Positions 38,416 through 50,714 of a DNA stretch of 64,000 bases are shown one piece after another (the first letter of the stretch is position 1; each line of letters opens with the position of its first letter). The DNA is from Camelus dromedarius (lineage: Eukaryota), in contig NC_087437.1 in NCBI RefSeq assembly GCF_036321535.1, forward strand, positions 102,240,001-102,304,000, in the 5' to 3' direction. Under the pieces are notes generated by a model, which was not told the origin of the DNA, did no database searches, and was given only the letters and a program-made list of their open reading frames with translations. Both the position numbers and the translations under genes were made by a program.

Positions 38416-38810
38416 TGTTAAGGACTGAATTGTGTCCCCTCCACAAAATTTTGTAAGTTAAACCACCAACCCACAATGTGACTATATTTGGAAATAGGGC
38501 CTATAGAAAGGTAATTAAGGTTAAATATGGTCATAAGTGTGAGGCCTCAATCCAGTGAGTCTAGTGTCATCACAGGAAGAAGAGAAGACACCAGGAGTGC
38601 ATGCACACAGAGGACATTCCGTGTGAGGACACGGCAGGAAGGTGGCCACCTGCAAGCCAAGGAGAGAGGCCTCTTCCAAAACTAGCCCTGCCAGCACCTT
38701 GATCTTTGACTTCTGGCCTTCAGAACTGGGAGAAAATCAATTCCTGTTGTTTAAGTCACTTAGTCTATATGGTATTCTGTTATGGTAGCACTAGTTGACT
38801 AATAAATACA
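38416..38810 (+). mobile_element. MLT1A/B MaLR solo LTR
   Basis: tgttaaggactgaattgtgtcccc...ccagcaccttgatctttgacttctggccttcagaact...taataaataca; near-TSD cacat/catat (5 bp). Confidence 0.92.
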
Positions 38811-39174
38811 CATATTGTGACCATTATTTTTTCTCTGCACATCCTATAATTCTATATATGTAATTTTTTGTGATCATTATTTTTTCTCTGTACATTCTGT
38901 AATTAATGTAATTTTTAAAATGCACTAATCTACCCCAAGCTACCATATGACTTACAATTCTATATATTTCATTGTCATCCTAGGTAGGAATGGAGCAGGA
39001 GGAAGGAGAAGAAAGATTGGCAAAGGGCAAATTTCAGCTGAGCCTTTTCTTGTTTTAATAAAGACAAGATAGATCCCTTAGAATTCCCACTTAACTAACC
39101 CCATTTTACTAAGCAGAACTCCATCCAGACAATCCAAGCTAGATGAGAGCCTAAAGAGGTCACATAAATTCCAG

Positions 39175-39280
39175 GAAGTTAGGGCCTCTGATTTGTTTAC
39201 TCCTGGGTCCTGATGCCTAGAATACTGCCTGGCAGGTAGTAGGCATGCAATAAATACATGCAGGCGAATTAATAAATGAG
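39175..39280 (+). mobile_element. L2 3' end
   Basis: cctagaatactgcctggcaggtagtaggcatgcaataaatacatg...aataaatga. Confidence 0.75.
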
Positions 39281-42269
39281 ATATCACACCTCCTGGACAA
39301 AACAAAATGGTCTCCTAATAGGCAAGACAAGGAAGAATGAAATTTGTGTCTTTCATTAGTAATATGTCACATGTATCTCCTTACCTTCCTTTCATTTTTA
39401 TAGTGCCATTTATAGGTTTCTGGTCATCATATGTGCCTAGGTATTCATGGTGGAGGGTAAGGAGAAGACTGTTTATTGCCAGTATCTTATTACTCATTTG
39501 ATGGAAGATAAAGTCAAGGTCTATAGAAATGATTTATTCACAGAAACACAACCAGCTAATGGCAGCCCTGGGAGAGGGCTCACCATTGGAGTGTGCAGAC
39601 CTCGTATCATCCTGTGAAGAACAGGAAAAATATGTATGTCACTCTAATCCAAGTAGCAGTATACCAATCATTTCTTCTCGTCTACTTAACTGGAAAATTG
39701 AATTTCCTTATCTTTAGCTTGCCAAGTGTCCTTGAGTCCCTCCCAAGCTTCCCAGTGCATTGCCGTGTTATAGTCAGGTAAGAATGATGCTTTACATTTG
39801 CTGCCTTCTTGAGCTACATGATATATATCTTTTTTTGGTATACAGTTCTTATTTTGTTAAGTTTTGATCTGTCAGCGTGTTAAGGAAACCTCAGAGATAT
39901 TATTGATAATTACTTGCTGATTGTGACTTGTTCCTTTCAGCCCTAACATTTTTAAAATATCAGAATAGAACTGTGATTTCTGTATTATCCCACAGGAAAT
40001 GTCACTAACTAGATTTATGATACTGTTCATTTCCTCTGTTATTACTTATGTCAAGACTACTATAAAAACCTGTTGGGTGACTTCTGGCAGGCAATTTCTA
40101 ATTACAATTTGGATTGTAGCAGAAGCATCTTAAAAAGAAAACATATGTTTTGAAAAATGTTGAACAATCAAATAAAACTTCCTATACTTAAGGTAATGAA
40201 CATAGTATAATGTGAATTTACATAGTCCTTTTACTCCAAAATGATAAATTTACCAGTAGTATTGATACGAATTTTTAGACCCTCCCTCCAAACAAAGAGG
40301 AGAAATTGCATTAACATAAGACTTCTGAGGTATTCAGTAGCCTCTTCAGTAAAGGCAGGAAAAACAGGTAAATTTTCTAGCCTGCTTTTCTTATTAGCCC
40401 TGCTATTTGTGGATACAGATTTGAGAAAACAAAATTTATCTAATTCATTACCCCCCACCCAAGTTCCACCATACATAATCTCACCAATAAATCCAATGTT
40501 TAATAGATAAAAAAAGAATGGCAAAGAGGATATGGTATTAAAAAGTCTTTCAGTGTTATTCCAGCAGGATATATGATTCTACATTTTGACACATTGCAGG
40601 CCAGCAAAGGTAGGGCTCCTGTCACCTTTCAATTCAGGGGTTACCAAATACCAGGGTAATATGGCTTTCTCCCTGTAAGTAATGTTCATTAAGGTGAGTG
40701 AACAGCTTTTCGAGCATTTCTCATAGAACTGTATTTATATGCAGACATCATAGAGAAGAAATCCCTGCAAGGGCAGCACCCTACACCAAGTAGCAAGAGA
40801 AAGAAGAGAAAAAAATAGAAAAGGCAAAGATAAAAAAAAATTACCTCCATATTTTCAGGAAAGTAATATTGTACCATGGTTCAGAGATTAGAGCACCTGG
40901 CAGTAGTCTAGGAAGTCTTGAACTTCAGTAAGGTGGGAATGAGTAAATAATATTATGCTGGAAATTAGGAACTGGACTCTTGATTTTGTAAGGAAATGTA
41001 ACCTTTACAAAGATAGTAAGTGGACATAGAGGAGGAAATAGCATTCTCCATTTGGGAAACATGAACTTATGTTCTCTTATATTTCAGAAAGAAAGTCAAG
41101 GGATTATTAGAGGGGCTAATGAATTTAACATTCTTTATTATAGATCATAATATTAATAGAACACACATTTCTTCTGTGTCTAGTCCTAATTCCAGAAGCC
41201 TACTGCCAATAAGCATTTATCTCAAGAGATGATTTACTCCACTTCACATATACAACCTCTCATCTCTCCATGACCAATTTTCTCAAGTAGTATGACCCAA
41301 GTAGTCAATTCTGGAGAAGTCTTTAGATTATGATGTTTATATATCTAAGCTGTATAAGTGCTTTAAATTCATCTGTTAAATGCTTTTGAGCTACAGCAAG
41401 CCTCAAAATCCTGTGCCTGTGAAAGCGTCTGTGTGTGTGTTTGTGTGTGTAGTGTTGATGAGCACTCGTGAGCATAGGTGTTAAGTCACACAATGCTGAA
41501 AGTAGAAGTAGAAAGATCAGTTGAAAATTCCAGAATAAGTCAAACAACAGAAACGTGACTGAAAGTATTAAAAAATTATGATCTCAAATCTATGTCCATT
41601 TTCATCACTGAGAAAAAAAAGTAAGCTTTTGCTTTTGCTCTAATATCTCTAAATCATTTTCAGTATTAAAATCTGTACATTATTTTATATACATATTTGC
41701 TCATAAATAATAAACAAGATAGAAATGTAACAGGATGTGAACTACCAGTCTTTTAAAAAGCAATAGTATTCCTGTATGTTCCTGAGAAAATAGTCCTAAA
41801 TTGTGATCTTCTCACCGTATTCAAGATGTATATATTTAGGGAGAAGCCTTATTATTTTAAGGTATGTAAAATTTAGTGGATGGTATTTCTAAATGATAGC
41901 TCTCAGCAGAAACATTTCGTTTTAAAATTATATCAGATATTTCAGCACACATTTTTTTCTTCTAAGTTAAAAGCACATGAAAACAAATTTCAATTAAAAT
42001 TTCTTTTGTGTATCAAAATGAAATTTAAAAAATACTAAAAATTTCATGTTTTAGGAGTTAGTGATGTATAGACTTGCAAAGCCAAAGAGACCAAGTAAAG
42101 AGGTTTCATTACCCTTTTCCCTTCTTCTGTCAGTTCTATTTCCAAGCCATGATAGAAATATTAAAAACTGTTATATGATGTAGATCTCTAGGAATGACAG
42201 TCTTCTAATACTTTGGGTCATATACTCATGATATCTAAGAGGGAAGAGAAAACTTAATAGGTGCTGAAT

Positions 42270-42653
42270 GTGGTATACTGGCTGCTTATTTTGCAAAGTA
42301 CCACAGACAACGTCAAAAACAGTAGACATTTATCTTCTCACAATTCCGGAAGATAGAAGTCCAAGATCAAGATGTTGGCGGTGTTGGTTTCTTCTGAGGC
42401 CTCTTTCTTTGATGTGTAGTTGCGTATCTTCTCTCAGTGTCTTCACACAGTCTTCCCTCTGTGTGTGTCTGTCCTAATTTCATCTTACAAGGACACCAGT
42501 CAACACCAGTCATCTTGGATTAAGACTTACCCTAATGATCTCATTTAACCTTGATTACCTCTTTAAAGACCCTTTCTCTTCCTAAGGTCACATTCTGAGG
42601 TACTAGAGGTTAGGCATCAGTATACAATTTTGTGGGGGACACAGTTTAGCCTA
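42270..42653 (-). mobile_element. MLT1A-like LTR
   Basis: atttatcttctcacaattccggaagatagaagtccaagatcaag...ggtcacattctgaggtactagaggttagg. Confidence 0.9.
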
Positions 42654-44419
42654 TTTTGGGGAGTGGTTGTCAGGGGCAATTTGACCAAGAAATCTTACAG
42701 AATGGAAAGAGTTATGTGGATTTGTCAGTGTGCTATGGTTGTGAACAATCTCTTCGCCCCTCAAACATCTTTAGTAAAGCCCATAAAAATCAGAAATGCT
42801 TGGTAGGATTGGATTTCTTATTGGTGATTTATGCCATTTTTATATTTGGATTGAATATATGGCACTTAAAATGAGCCAACTCCTGAGTTTGTGAGAATAA
42901 CTAATATACTAGTTAAAGTTTTGGTAAATACATTGTGAATTTTGTGATTTATTGACATAATGTTAGGAAGTCTACTATTGCACTTATTTCTGTTATTTAT
43001 CTTTCCTCTTGTGGATACATTTTCACTGTAATAATCCCATTTTTTCATCCCTCTCAATATTAAAATAAGAAACAATATTTTAATCTTTAAAAAATAAATA
43101 TATTAAAGTATTAAGACTAAAGACTATCTTCACAGTGTTTTGCTCAAGATAACAAGTATGCATTTAGGTATCATATATTAGGGCATTTTAGTAGTAGGTA
43201 ATATTCAGAGAGAGAAAAGTCATATTTCCTATGCACATACACACATAAGCAAGGACTGAAACAAACTTATTTGCCACCAATATTTTTGTTATCAAATACT
43301 GCATAATCTGACCACACATAAGTTTTGTAAATTACTGGATTAATGATTTGATATTTTATATATATTTAATTTATGTAGGGGGTAGAATGAATTGCTTGCC
43401 TTAGTTGAATAACACTATGGTCGTGTTGATGCCCTCTGCTGATAATTTGCATTCATTGAACCATGGCTCACTTTTCATTTAATCCTTATTTCATATGGCA
43501 ATTATAATTGTAATGACTTGAGGAGAAGCACACATATTTTAGTATATAATATGTAATTTAAAACGAGAACAGTAGTGTTTAGTAAGATTGCCATGAAGTC
43601 TTGGGACTTTTTAAAACAATTATATGCCATAGGAAAATTTGACTTCCATATAAACAGCTGCTCTCTGCACCATGGGGTGATGATGAAATGTTTAAAAGGA
43701 TGAAAATGATAAGAGGATATTTTCTACTCATTAAACTGAGTGTTGTAAAACTGTTTTCCATGGTCCTTTACATTAACTGCTGAAGGATAAAAGAATATTA
43801 AATGTTCTCAGATGAGTTATAAATTTTGCACTTGTTCATTTTAAATGGTCATCAGATATATGATATTTTATCTTGTGTAGCCTAAAAATGCTAACTGTAC
43901 CTCATCCTTGGCAGTGAAATGAAGAAAGAAAGTGAATGCAATCAATGATAAATTCATCCTAAGAATTACTATTAAATCTGGAATGTCTGAAATTTAATAG
44001 AGTAGCAATGAAACTGTTTTGTGGATGTATGTAAAAGAAAAATCCATGTCATATTTAAAAAAGAACACTGGATTCTTACTTCTTTTCCAGAAAATTTCAG
44101 ATAGAAGAAACCTAATAATTCAAAAAACTCTATAAAGTGTTACTAGATTTGTGGCTTTATTCAAGCCAATACAACTAGTGTTCTTAATCCATAGATTATG
44201 AAATTAATATTATGATTAAAAACTTGGCTGAGGTGCATTTAATTTAATTTCACTGTCGAACTAGTTTATACTATTAGTTGTACATAATGGCAAAAAAATG
44301 TGGAATTTTTTAAAAACAGTATATATCCAAGATAAATTGAAGTTTTAGAAGTTGTTTATTGTGATTCCTACCCCCTTCCAGGAATTGAAGAACAGTTATG
44401 TACAGAAACATTATTAGAC

Positions 44420-45680
44420 TATGGTGAATTTCAAAAAAAAAAAGGATATATGGACTGGTTTACCCTTCTGCCTTGAACAGCCAGAAAGCCAGATAACATA
44501 TTTCAGACAAAGGCTTTTCAGTGTTGGACAATAAGTAGTGCAAGTCAGTAGTCTCTGAGACAAGGGAATAAAACAAGCCAAGCCCTGTGAATATCCCAAT
44601 TTATTTCTAGGAAGGAGTTTCCAGGTGTCATCAAAGGAAAGAGGAATATAGAAACCAAAATTTCACTCAATTGACAGGCCAGAAATCACAGATCAGAAAG
44701 ACCAAGGAGACTAGAAATTCTGGGGTGCAACAAATGAGAGAAGGTAACTGAACCAAGAGGAAGCTGAATAGAGAGGAGACCCAGCAATTTGCAGAAATAC
44801 CCCTCAGCAATCCAATTAACAGATAAAAGTGTTAAGCCAGTGGCTATAAATATAATTTGTAATTCCTGTTGGTAGAAATAAAGCACAAACCCAGTGATGA
44901 AAAATTGAAAAAAAATGAAACAAAAATCCAAATTCTATTTCTAGGAAACAAACATAAAATACCATGAAATCAAAATATACTTAATGGGGACAGTAGCAAA
45001 TTAGATACTGTGCAAAATGAGATCAGTGAATTGGAAGACATCTATAGTAACTATCCAAATTAAAACACAGTAAAATATGGAGGAAAAAGATTTTTTAAAA
45101 AATCACAGAACTGCAGTGACTTGTGGGAAATATTCATGCTTAACATATGTATAATTGGAATCTTAGAAATAGAAGAGAAAGGGGGAAAAATGGAAAGTCA
45201 TAATGGCTGAAAAATTTCCAAATAATGATGAAAAATATAAACCCATATACGAGAAGATCAGTGAACCCCAAGTAGAATAGAATGATGAAAACCACACAAA
45301 TTCCACTATAATGTAATCATTGAAAACAAATAATTTTTAAAAATGTTAATAAGCTAGAAAAAATTGAAACACTCATAGTTTTTATGGCATTACAGTGATT
45401 TTATGACACTTCTTATCAGAATCCATATCAGCTAGAAAAGAATGAAGCAAAATAAAGCAAGGGAAACACCATGAAAGTACTAAAAGAAAAAAAAAAAAAA
45501 CCTTTCAGACCACAAAACTATATTTCAAAAAGGAATCAATTTTTCTGAGAGAAAAAAAAAAATAAACAGGCAAATTATCACTAGTACACTTGCACTATAA
45601 GAGATGTTGAAATAGAATGTTATTTAGTATAAAGGTGATGGTATGAGATAAAAATACCTATGAAGAATGAGAAATTAAAA
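44420..45680 (+). mobile_element. Old L1 5' region / ORF1 remnant
   Basis: gagatcagtgaattggaagac...; ggctgaaaaatttccaaataatgatgaaaaatataaaccc match L1 ORF1 text. Confidence 0.75.
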
Positions 45681-45683
45681 GCA

Positions 45684-46650
45684 GTCCCACCAAGAGTACA
45701 CAGATTCCCTTTTCTCCTAAGCGATACTTACTTTTTGTCTTTGGTAATGGTCATTCTAACAGGTGTGGGATGATACTGTGATTTTGATTTGCATTTCTCT
45801 GATGATTAGCAGTGTTGAGCATCTTTTTTGTGCCTGTTGGCCATTTGTATGTCTTCTTTGGAAAAATGTCTATTCACATCTTCTATTAGTTTTTCAGTTG
45901 GGTTGTTTAGGGGTTTTTTTGATATTGAGTTGTGTGTACTGTTTATATGTTTAAGATATTAATCCTTATTGAACCTGTCATTTGCAAATATTTTTTCACA
46001 TTTTAGTAGCCTGTCTTTTCATTTTGTCTGGGATTTCCTTTTCTCTGCAAAAGCTTTTAAATATAATTAGATTCTATTTATTTATTTTTGTTTTTGTTCC
46101 TTTTGCCTCAGGAGACAAATCCAAAAAAATATTGCTACCATTTATGTTGAAGAGTGTTCTGTTTATGTTTTCTTCTAGGAATTTTGTGGTTTCCAGTCTT
46201 ACATTTAGTTCTTTAATCCATTTTGAGTTTATTTTTGTATATGGTGTGAAAAAATGTTCTAATTTTATTCTTTTTACATGTAGTTATCCAGTTTTTTTTA
46301 GCATAACTTATCAAAGAGACTGTCTTTTCTCCATTGTATGTTCTTGCCTTCTTTGTCATAGATTAATTGACTATTAATGTGTGGGATTATCTCTGGGCTC
46401 TCTATTCTGCTCCATTGATCTATGTATCTGTTTTTGTGCCAATACCATACTGTTTTGATTACTGTAGCTTTGTAGTATAGTCTTAAGTCAGGGACCATGA
46501 TGCCTCCAGCTCTGTTTCCTCAAGATTGCTTTGGCTATTCAGTCTCTTTTGTGTTTCCATGCAAATTTCAGAATTATTTGTTCTACTTCTGTGAAAAATT
46601 CCATTGGTTTATTGGTAGGGATTGCATTGAATCTGTAGATTGCCTTGAGT
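45684..46650 (-). mobile_element. L1 ORF2 C-terminal fragment
   Basis: ORF 46298-46498(-): [33 protein letters not shown] is diagnostic L1 ORF2p. Confidence 0.93.
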
Positions 46651-46679
46651 ATTATTTATTTTTACTTTTTTTTATTGTG

Positions 46680-46745
46680 ACCACTAGTACATTTTAAAGT
46701 TACATGTGGAGTTCACATTTAAGTCCTATTAGACCAAGGTAGTTT
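46680..46745. mobile_element. MER3/MER33-like hAT-Charlie end fragment
   Basis: ttttaaagttacatgtggagttcacatttaagtcctattagac. Confidence 0.45.
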
Positions 46746-46759
46746 AAGCATTCCAATCA

Positions 46760-47030
46760 AAAGACATCATATGTGCAAGACCTGTGTACTGAAGACTATA
46801 AATATTGTTGAAAGAAATTAGGAGGCATGTTATTGACAGAGCAATATGCTATGCTAATTGGTTGGAAGACTCAGTGCAGTTAAGATCTCAGGTCTCCTCA
46901 AGTTTATCTATAGATGTAAGGCCATCCCTATAAATATCCTAGCAGATGTTTTTGTAGAATTTGACAAACTTATTCTACAGAGTGTATAAGAATGCGAAGG
47001 ACCATAGCAGTTTTGAAGAACAAGTAATGA
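46760..47030 (+). mobile_element. L1 ORF2 fragment
   Basis: ttggttggaagactcagtgcagttaagat...tttttgtagaatttgacaaacttattcta. Confidence 0.8.
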
Positions 47031-47076
47031 AAAAGAAAAATAAAAAATATTTTGAGTGCTAACCTCCCCTAAGTTC

Positions 47077-47077
47077 A

Positions 47078-47124
<47 letters not shown>
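47077..47124. repeat. (ATAA)12 microsatellite
   Basis: Read directly. Confidence 0.95.
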
Positions 47125-47521
47125 AATTTTCCCTTTGTATAAAATATTTGTAAAAATCTGAAGAAAAATAAAGGTTAGAAAACAGAATTGACATGGTAAA
47201 AAGTTAAGTAAGATAAAAAGGTACTTTCTGTATTTAAATTATTTTAGTTTATGGAAATAAAATACACTGTGAAAGAATTAGTAGTTTAAAAATCTGTTAA
47301 CTAATTTCATTTTACATTTTATAGTAAGTGTATTGATACTTTATGAAAAGTGATCATAAAAAATTATTAAAACATCACTTAAAATATTGCTTGCTTCTAA
47401 GTAAACTTCCTACTACAGAAAAGTAAGTTATTGACATAGGTAGTTTTATGTTATAGGGATATCTCTGTTAAGGAGAGGATGTATTCTGTCTGAACATCCT
47501 TTTGTTATAAATGTCATTATC

Positions 47522-47624
47522 TGAGAATAGCAGAGAAAGAGAATTATAGGCCAGTGACGCTCAAAACAGGTATTTGAGAATAGCAGAGAAAGAGAATTAT
47601 AGGCCAGTGACGCTCAAAACAGGT
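47522..47624. repeat. Tandem duplication, period 53 bp (50 bp identical)
   Basis: 47522-47571 equals 47575-47624. Confidence 0.95.
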
Positions 47625-48574
47625 CTCTATTTCTACAACAGGTATTTGCAGGTGATAGTAAATTATTTTAATAAATTGGAAACTTACCAATTTTACAACA
47701 TGAAATATGTATTTGTAAAGCTAACCTCATTCTCAGTATAGACAGAAATGAGAGCCAAGAGGCCATAAATTAAAAGGGGCTCCCAGTTTGTTGAGAAGTA
47801 ACCACCCCCACTCCCTAACCCCCCCACACACACATACTCTCTACTTCTGAGACCAAAAGAAAAAAATTGGTTTCCTGCGTATTTATTATTGTCTGAAATT
47901 CAAGATCACTAAAAATTTGTTCAACTATTGCCTGAGAATATTTGTTAACTATTTCAAAAATCCAAAAAATTCCCAGTTGTACAATTGCATTTGGAATTTT
48001 AAGGAGATAATTTAACATACTTGCATACATTTTTTTTCACCCACCAATGAGAAAAACCTTGTTCAATCTTGAAAATTCCACTTCATCATATGATTATGAA
48101 TGACTTTGTTTTGCATCTCATTTTCCTCTCATTCTAGAGCAACCTCTTGACATATGGAAGGCTTTTGCTTTTAATTTTATGCTACTGAATCACAAAGTTT
48201 TAACTGTAGCCCACATGTCTTCTGTGATTTCTGATGTCAACTGAATTGCCACACCCTTATGGAACCTTTCTTGACACTGACTAAAGTCTTTAATTATAGT
48301 GTCCCTGAATTCTAGACTGATTTACTCTTCATTGGCCTTAGCAAGTTATTTAATTATATATTTATTTTTATGGCTATATGATTTATAGTATCTATAATTC
48401 TCCAAACCAAGTGAAAGAAAAGCTATTGTTATGCATATATTTCTTCTACCAAGTTCATAGGAAACTCCTGGTACATTGCCTGAGACGCAACAAGAACTTA
48501 GAAATTTTTTTTACCATGAATGAAGGTGTTCTTTTTCTTTCTTTTTTATTTTCGAATCAAATCACACAGTAAGC

Positions 48575-49030
48575 AGGGTTCAGAGAATTTCCAGGTTAGT
48601 GAATAGATGGATATCTGGGGAGCGTGACAAGCTTTGAGAGAGCAAGGCAGCTCCCTGCCTTTTCCCTGTAAGTTGCTCTATGCATCTGGCCCATCTGGCT
48701 CTACCTGAGTTGTATCTTTTTATAATAAACTGATAATCTAGTAAGTAAAATGTTTCTCTGAGTTTTGTGAGCTGCTCTAGCAATTGAGTCATACTGAAGG
48801 AAAGGGCTTTTGGAACCTTCAATCTTTAGAGGGTGGGTCAGTAATACAGGTAACAACCTGGGCTTATAATTATAATTTTAAGTCCTGCAGCTCTGAGCCC
48901 TTAACCTATGGAATCTGACACTATGTCCAAGTAGAGAGTGTCAGAATTGAGTTGAATTATAGGATGTCCAGCTGGTGTCAGAGAATTGAATCTATGGGAA
49001 AATCTCTACCCCCACATGGGAAATGGGATT
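48575..49030 (+). mobile_element. MER21 (MER21C-like) LTR, 3' part
   Basis: cctgagttgtatctttttataataaactg...gtttctctgagttttgtgagc...tcagaattgagttgaatt...cagctggtgtcagagaattg. Confidence 0.85.
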
Positions 49031-49119
49031 AGAATCATGTGAGCATACTCACTGTGGTTTTCAGCACCAACAACAGGCAATAGGAAACTGAGACATCTGA
49101 CATCGTTCTCTCAGCCCTG

Positions 49120-49891
49120 ACTAAGCTGAGAAAGTGCAAGCCCACCAGCCAAGGGTATTTGCAGCATTTGCTGACGAAGTTACACTTGGTTGACAGTGTT
49201 GAACTTTACCAGAATCCCATAAGCCCCAAAAACAGCAACAGTCAAGAAATTCCCACAACTTTTCTGTGCTCCCCTAAACAGCTGACTGCAAAGAATCACC
49301 ATATGTATGTAGACAGGACCCATGCAAAGAATTACCATATTTAGATAAGACCCATGTGTAATCCCCAATTTAACTATGGCAAGACCACACTAACTCTCTC
49401 CAGATTCTCATTCTTTGTCTCTTAAATGGCAAATTGAACTGCTTATCTCCACTGAGCAATCTGGACAATATGCTTGCTAACTTGAACAGACTTTAGTCAG
49501 GCATCTCTCTTTCCCCAGTCCCCTAAACCTTCACCCATTTTCGATCATTGCAATGCTGGACAACTCTTCCTTCACAGCCTCCCCTGAGAATGGGCTGACC
49601 TCAGGGGAAAATTTCCCCTCATCACCTGTCCTGTCACACCACCACTCATCCCACTTCCCCACACACATTTCTTCTAGTCTTGTTTACTCCTCCCTGACTA
49701 GGGAAAGCCCTTTTCTGTTGCCATTTGATACAAGTATAGATGTCCTGGCAGATTTTCCATATTTCAGTCTTCCCTCTGCCCCTACTGTAAGAGTGCCTCT
49801 ACCCCATCAAAGTAATCTTCCTCCCCTTATTGCAGTAAGCCTTTTGAATAAGTTCTTCCTTCCTGAAGTTCAGGTCTGTTTTTATTTGACA
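49120..49891 (+). mobile_element. ERV1 LTR (MER31/MER67-like)
   Basis: cagactttagtcaggcatctctc...ttttgaataagttcttcctt...atttgaca end; 5' boundary uncertain. Confidence 0.6.
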
Positions 49892-50260
49892 GTATCCATC
49901 CAAAAACTAGCCTAGGGAATAAGGTGAGAGGGTTCCCTTTCTCCTAGTGCCTCAAAGTCTTAGGAGCCTTTTCCTCATCTCTCTAATCCCACCTGTGAGA
50001 GGGGCGAGGGGGAAAGGGAGAGACCTTAAGATTGAATTACCTCTAAGGCACTGACTTCAACCTCAAGATCCTGTTTAAATTAATGGATCAGACCAACTTT
50101 TAAATTGACCTTTGCTAAAATTATTTTCCTTCATTCCTTCTGTTTGCAGAAGATTTGTTATGAGAAGGGTGTAGATAAAAGAGAAATGTTAGAGAATAAA
50201 ATGAAATACACATTCCCTGTATATCTGAATGTTAATGTGAGTAAATTTATGAACTGGCTA

Positions 50261-50714
50261 TGGAGAGAGACAGAATTTGCCATGCCAAATGTGCCACTTT
50301 GGCGTGTGGATATTTTCAGGGGAAGGCAATGAAGCCCCAGCAGATTCAGGAAAAAGCTTTTACCTCTCCTGCCTGGCAGAATTTAGACAGATGGCCTGGC
50401 CCAGAGAGAGAGCTATTACCGGAGATTACTTTCTATCTAAAGCACTTACCTACATGGCAGGGCAAACATCTACTTTTCTTACTGTCCTGTGAATTACCCT
50501 CTTCCCCTTTGAAGCCCCAGGCACCTATCCCAGTGCGCAGCTCAGGGTGGTGTATAAGCTTCAACTATTTGACTGCCTTTGGATCTCTTATCTTTGGGGC
50601 TCCTCTAGGTATGAAATTAATTTTTTTTTCTGTTAACCTGTCTTATGTCAATTTAATTATTAGCCCAGTCAAAGAACTTAGAAGGGGAGAAGGGATAATT
50701 TTTCTGCCCCTAGA
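50261..50714 (+). mobile_element. MER34/MER39-like LTR
   Basis: gacagaatttgccatgccaaatgtgccactttggc...gtcaaagaacttagaaggggagaaggg...cccctaga. Confidence 0.8.

Noticed and set aside
38816..38904. Degenerate duplication of about 36 bp
   Set aside because: Ordinary diverged local duplication next to an MLT1 end.
45982..46377. 131-aa hydrophobic ORF
   Set aside because: Antisense frame of T-rich L1 ORF2 sequence.
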